The notes below the pieces were generated by a model that was not told where the DNA came from, ran no database searches, and worked only from the letters and a program-made list of their open reading frames with translations. From Waterburya sp. (lineage in GTDB: Bacteria; Cyanobacteriota; Cyanobacteriia; Cyanobacteriales; Xenococcaceae): a DNA stretch of 64,000 nt. The stretch spans positions 3,968,001 to 4,032,000 of the forward strand of contig CBDCJV010000002.1 in assembly GCA_965217895.1 (NCBI GenBank), written 5' to 3'. The translations under genes were made by a program, and so were the position numbers. Shown piece after piece: positions 61,800 to 64,000 of this stretch (positions are counted from its first letter, which is position 1; each line of letters begins with the position of its first letter).

Positions 61800-61873
61800 G
61801 GTGGGCATGAAATAAAATTATGTTCGTTATAAAAATACGCTTAATTAATGCCCACCAAGCAATCAATAATCAA

Positions 61874-62272
61874 CTACTTATTAGATATCTTGGGGGCAGG
61901 TTTAGCGGGGCTTTTTCTTCTTTGAGTTTTTCCCTGGGATCTACCGCGACCGCCGCCGCCAAAATCGTCAGATTTAGGCGGTTCATCACTGTAGATATCT
62001 AAAAAGACTGATTCACCATGGGCTAAGGCTGAAGTTTGAATCGCGGTTCTGATAGCTTGAATAGTGCGACCACCACGACCAAAAACCTTACCGCGATCGC
62101 TTTTATCAAATGCAATTCGTAACCAAATCTTGCCATTACTCTTGTTTACTTCAGAGTGTACGCACAGGGTTTGAGGATTAGATAAAAAAGGTTCGATCAG
62201 AAAGCGAGCTAGTTTTTCATAATTGTTGCTAGTGGCTATCTGATCGCCAGACAATTCGGTCTTATTTGGCAT
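61874..62272 (-). CDS. khpA: KH-domain RNA-binding protein KhpA
   Basis: [17 protein letters not shown]; directly follows rpsP. Confidence 0.88.
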   Translation of the reverse strand: MPNKTELSGDQIATSNNYEKLARFLIEPFLSNPQTLCVHSEVNKSNGKIWLRIAFDKSDRGKVFGRGGRTIQAIRTAIQTSALAHGESVFLDIYSDEPPKSDDFGGGGRGRSQGKTQRRKSPAKPAPKISNK

Positions 62273-62513
62273 GAACTTGATCGAATACTTGAGCTTTGTT
62301 CAGAATACTTCTTACAGTTTGGCTAGGCTGCGCACCTTGTTCCAGCCTTTTGACGATGGCAGGAACATCAAGTTTAGTTTCATCTGTACGGGGGTTATAA
62401 AAACCAAGTTCTTCAATGGGGCGACCATCTCTGCGGGTTTTGCTCTCTATAGCTACAATACGATAGCTAACTTCTCTTTTTTTACCGAAGCGTTTCAAAC
62501 GTAATTTAATCAT
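62262..62513 (-). CDS. rpsP: 30S ribosomal protein S16
   Basis: [16 protein letters not shown]...[15 protein letters not shown]. Confidence 0.98.
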   Translation of the reverse strand: MIKLRLKRFGKKREVSYRIVAIESKTRRDGRPIEELGFYNPRTDETKLDVPAIVKRLEQGAQPSQTVRSILNKAQVFDQVHAK

Positions 62514-62593
62514 CAGTTATTCAAATTTGTCCTTTACGATTGTAATCTATCTATCTAGGTTTTCTCTAAAGTAAACTCAGACGACCTCTGATT

Positions 62594-64000
62594 TTACAAT
62601 GAGCCAAAGCCTTTTTTCTTCTTCTTTTTCTTTTTCCTTCTACCCTGATCTGGATAACCGCCTTCCATACCAGGCATTCCCATCCCGCCCATCCCAGGCA
62701 TTCCCATTCCAGGCATTCCACGACCCATGTTCTGCATCATCGAACGCATTTTGCCAAAGTCTTTGACCAATTTTGCCACGTCTTTTTCTTCAAAGCCAGA
62801 GCCTTTGGCTACTCGACGGCGACGGCCAGGAGATTGAGATAATAGATCGGGATCGGCTCTTTCGTCTTTGGTCATGGAATTGATCATCGACTCAGTAATT
62901 TTTAGCTGAGATTCTCCTTTGGCTAGGTCAGCACCGCTAATTTTTCCCATACCAGGAATTAGCTTGAGGACTCCACCTAATGAACCCATATTTTTGAGGA
63001 GACGCATTTGCTTAACAAAGTCATTAAAATCAAACTTTGCCTCCATGATTTTAGACTGCATCTTTTCGACATCAGCTAAATCAATTTCTTCTTGCGCTTT
63101 TTCTACCAGAGTTAGAATATCTCCCATATTTAAAATACGGGAAGCTAAACGGTCTGGATAAAAAGGTTCTAAAGCTTCTACTTTTTCTCCCACGCCCACA
63201 AACTTAATGGGTTGCCCTGATACCTGCCTGACGGACAGGGCTGCACCACCACGACTATCACCGTCCAGCTTGGTTAGAATTGCGCCTGTAATGCCAATTT
63301 GCTCTTGGAATGTATGGGTCAGATTAGCTGCTTCTTGCCCTGTCATTGCATCTACCACCAGCAGCGTATCATCGGGCTTGATGGCATCTTTGATGCGGGA
63401 TAGTTCCCCCATCATGTCTTGGTCTATTTGCAGTCGCCCTGCGGTATCAACAATTACTGTGTCTACTCCAAGCTCTTTGGCTTTTACTATCCCTTGGCGA
63501 GCAATTTCTACGGGATCTGCATCTGTCCCCATTTCAAACACGGGAACATTAATTTGATTGCCTAAAGTAAGCAACTGGTCGATTGCAGCAGGACGATATA
63601 CGTCTGTTCCTACCATCAGGCAAGAACGCTCTTGTTTACGCAAATATAGAGCTAATTTTGCAGTAGCGGTAGTTTTACCCGTTCCCTGCAAACCAGCCAT
63701 CAAGATTACTGTAGGCGGTTTGTCTGCTTGGGCAAGGGGTACATTGCTTTCCCCCATTACCTTGACTAGTTCGTCATAGACAATTTTGATAAACTGCTGT
63801 CCAGGGTTGACCCCAGAAATTACGCCTTCACCTAATGCCTTTGCTTCTACATCGGCGATAAAGGCTTTAACAACTTGGAGGTTAACATCGGCAGCCAAAA
63901 GAGCGCGACTTACTTCTTTTAAGGTGTCTTGGATATTGGCTTTAGATATCTTATTCTGACCACGCAGCTTTTTCCAGGCATCGTCCAACTTATCCGCTAG
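62594..64000 (-). CDS. ffh: Signal recognition particle protein (first few codons beyond window end)
   Basis: GLQGTGKTT, DTAGRLQ, TKLDG, Met-rich M domain; frame open to window edge (LADKLDDAW). Confidence 0.98.
   Translation of the reverse strand, partial: LADKLDDAWKKLRGQNKISKANIQDTLKEVSRALLAADVNLQVVKAFIADVEAKALGEGVISGVNPGQQFIKIVYDELVKVMGESNVPLAQADKPPTVILMAGLQGTGKTTATAKLALYLRKQERSCLMVGTDVYRPAAIDQLLTLGNQINVPVFEMGTDADPVEIARQGIVKAKELGVDTVIVDTAGRLQIDQDMMGELSRIKDAIKPDDTLLVVDAMTGQEAANLTHTFQEQIGITGAILTKLDGDSRGGAALSVRQVSGQPIKFVGVGEKVEALEPFYPDRLASRILNMGDILTLVEKAQEEIDLADVEKMQSKIMEAKFDFNDFVKQMRLLKNMGSLGGVLKLIPGMGKISGADLAKGESQLKITESMINSMTKDERADPDLLSQSPGRRRRVAKGSGFEEKDVAKLVKDFGKMRSMMQNMGRGMPGMGMPGMGGMGMPGMEGGYPDQGRRKKKKKKKKGFGSL

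Noticed and set aside
61800..61856. GGTGGGCAT...ATGCCCACC inverted repeat after pdxA, and 60-aa ORF 61820..62002
   Set aside because: Ordinary 9-bp REP-like or terminator hairpin between converging genes; the ORF is antisense to khpA
1915..63779. Numerous 60-120 aa track ORFs overlapping or antisense to assigned genes
   Set aside because: Shadow frames of well-supported CDSs with no recognisable motifs

Overview
A moderately AT-rich cyanobacterial chromosome segment. The evidence is the abundant HIP1 octamer GCGATCGC together with nblA, pxcA, pcyA, petM and a cyanobacterial-type rnpB; a Pleurocapsales-like origin is my inference. Most genes are housekeeping or conserved cyanobacterial genes (galE partial, rpiA, cobI, rnpB-rnc, ubiX, panB, gpsA, dnaK, ahcY, tatA, hslO, yqeK-rsfS, pdxA, khpA-rpsP-ffh partial). 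The best candidate for an undescribed system is a two-gene unit at 16659-19079: a close homolog of plant UDP-apiose/UDP-xylose synthase followed by a GT4 glycosyltransferase, suggesting an apiose-containing glycan in a cyanobacterium. Other notable items: a second branched-sugar cluster (rfbF, SDR, two C-methyltransferases, lhgO-like); a Pseudomonas-type ahcY; a stand-alone DnaK lid-domain ORF; a LeuB-family dehydrogenase lacking its specificity loop; a PsrR1-like sRNA split by about 150 nt; heptamer repeats inside RNase P RNA helix P12; an IS5-family element inactivated by a small dispersed repeat; and a 65-nt insertion into a HIP1 site that rewrites a gene's C-terminus. All family assignments come from motif recognition from memory; no database searches were run.
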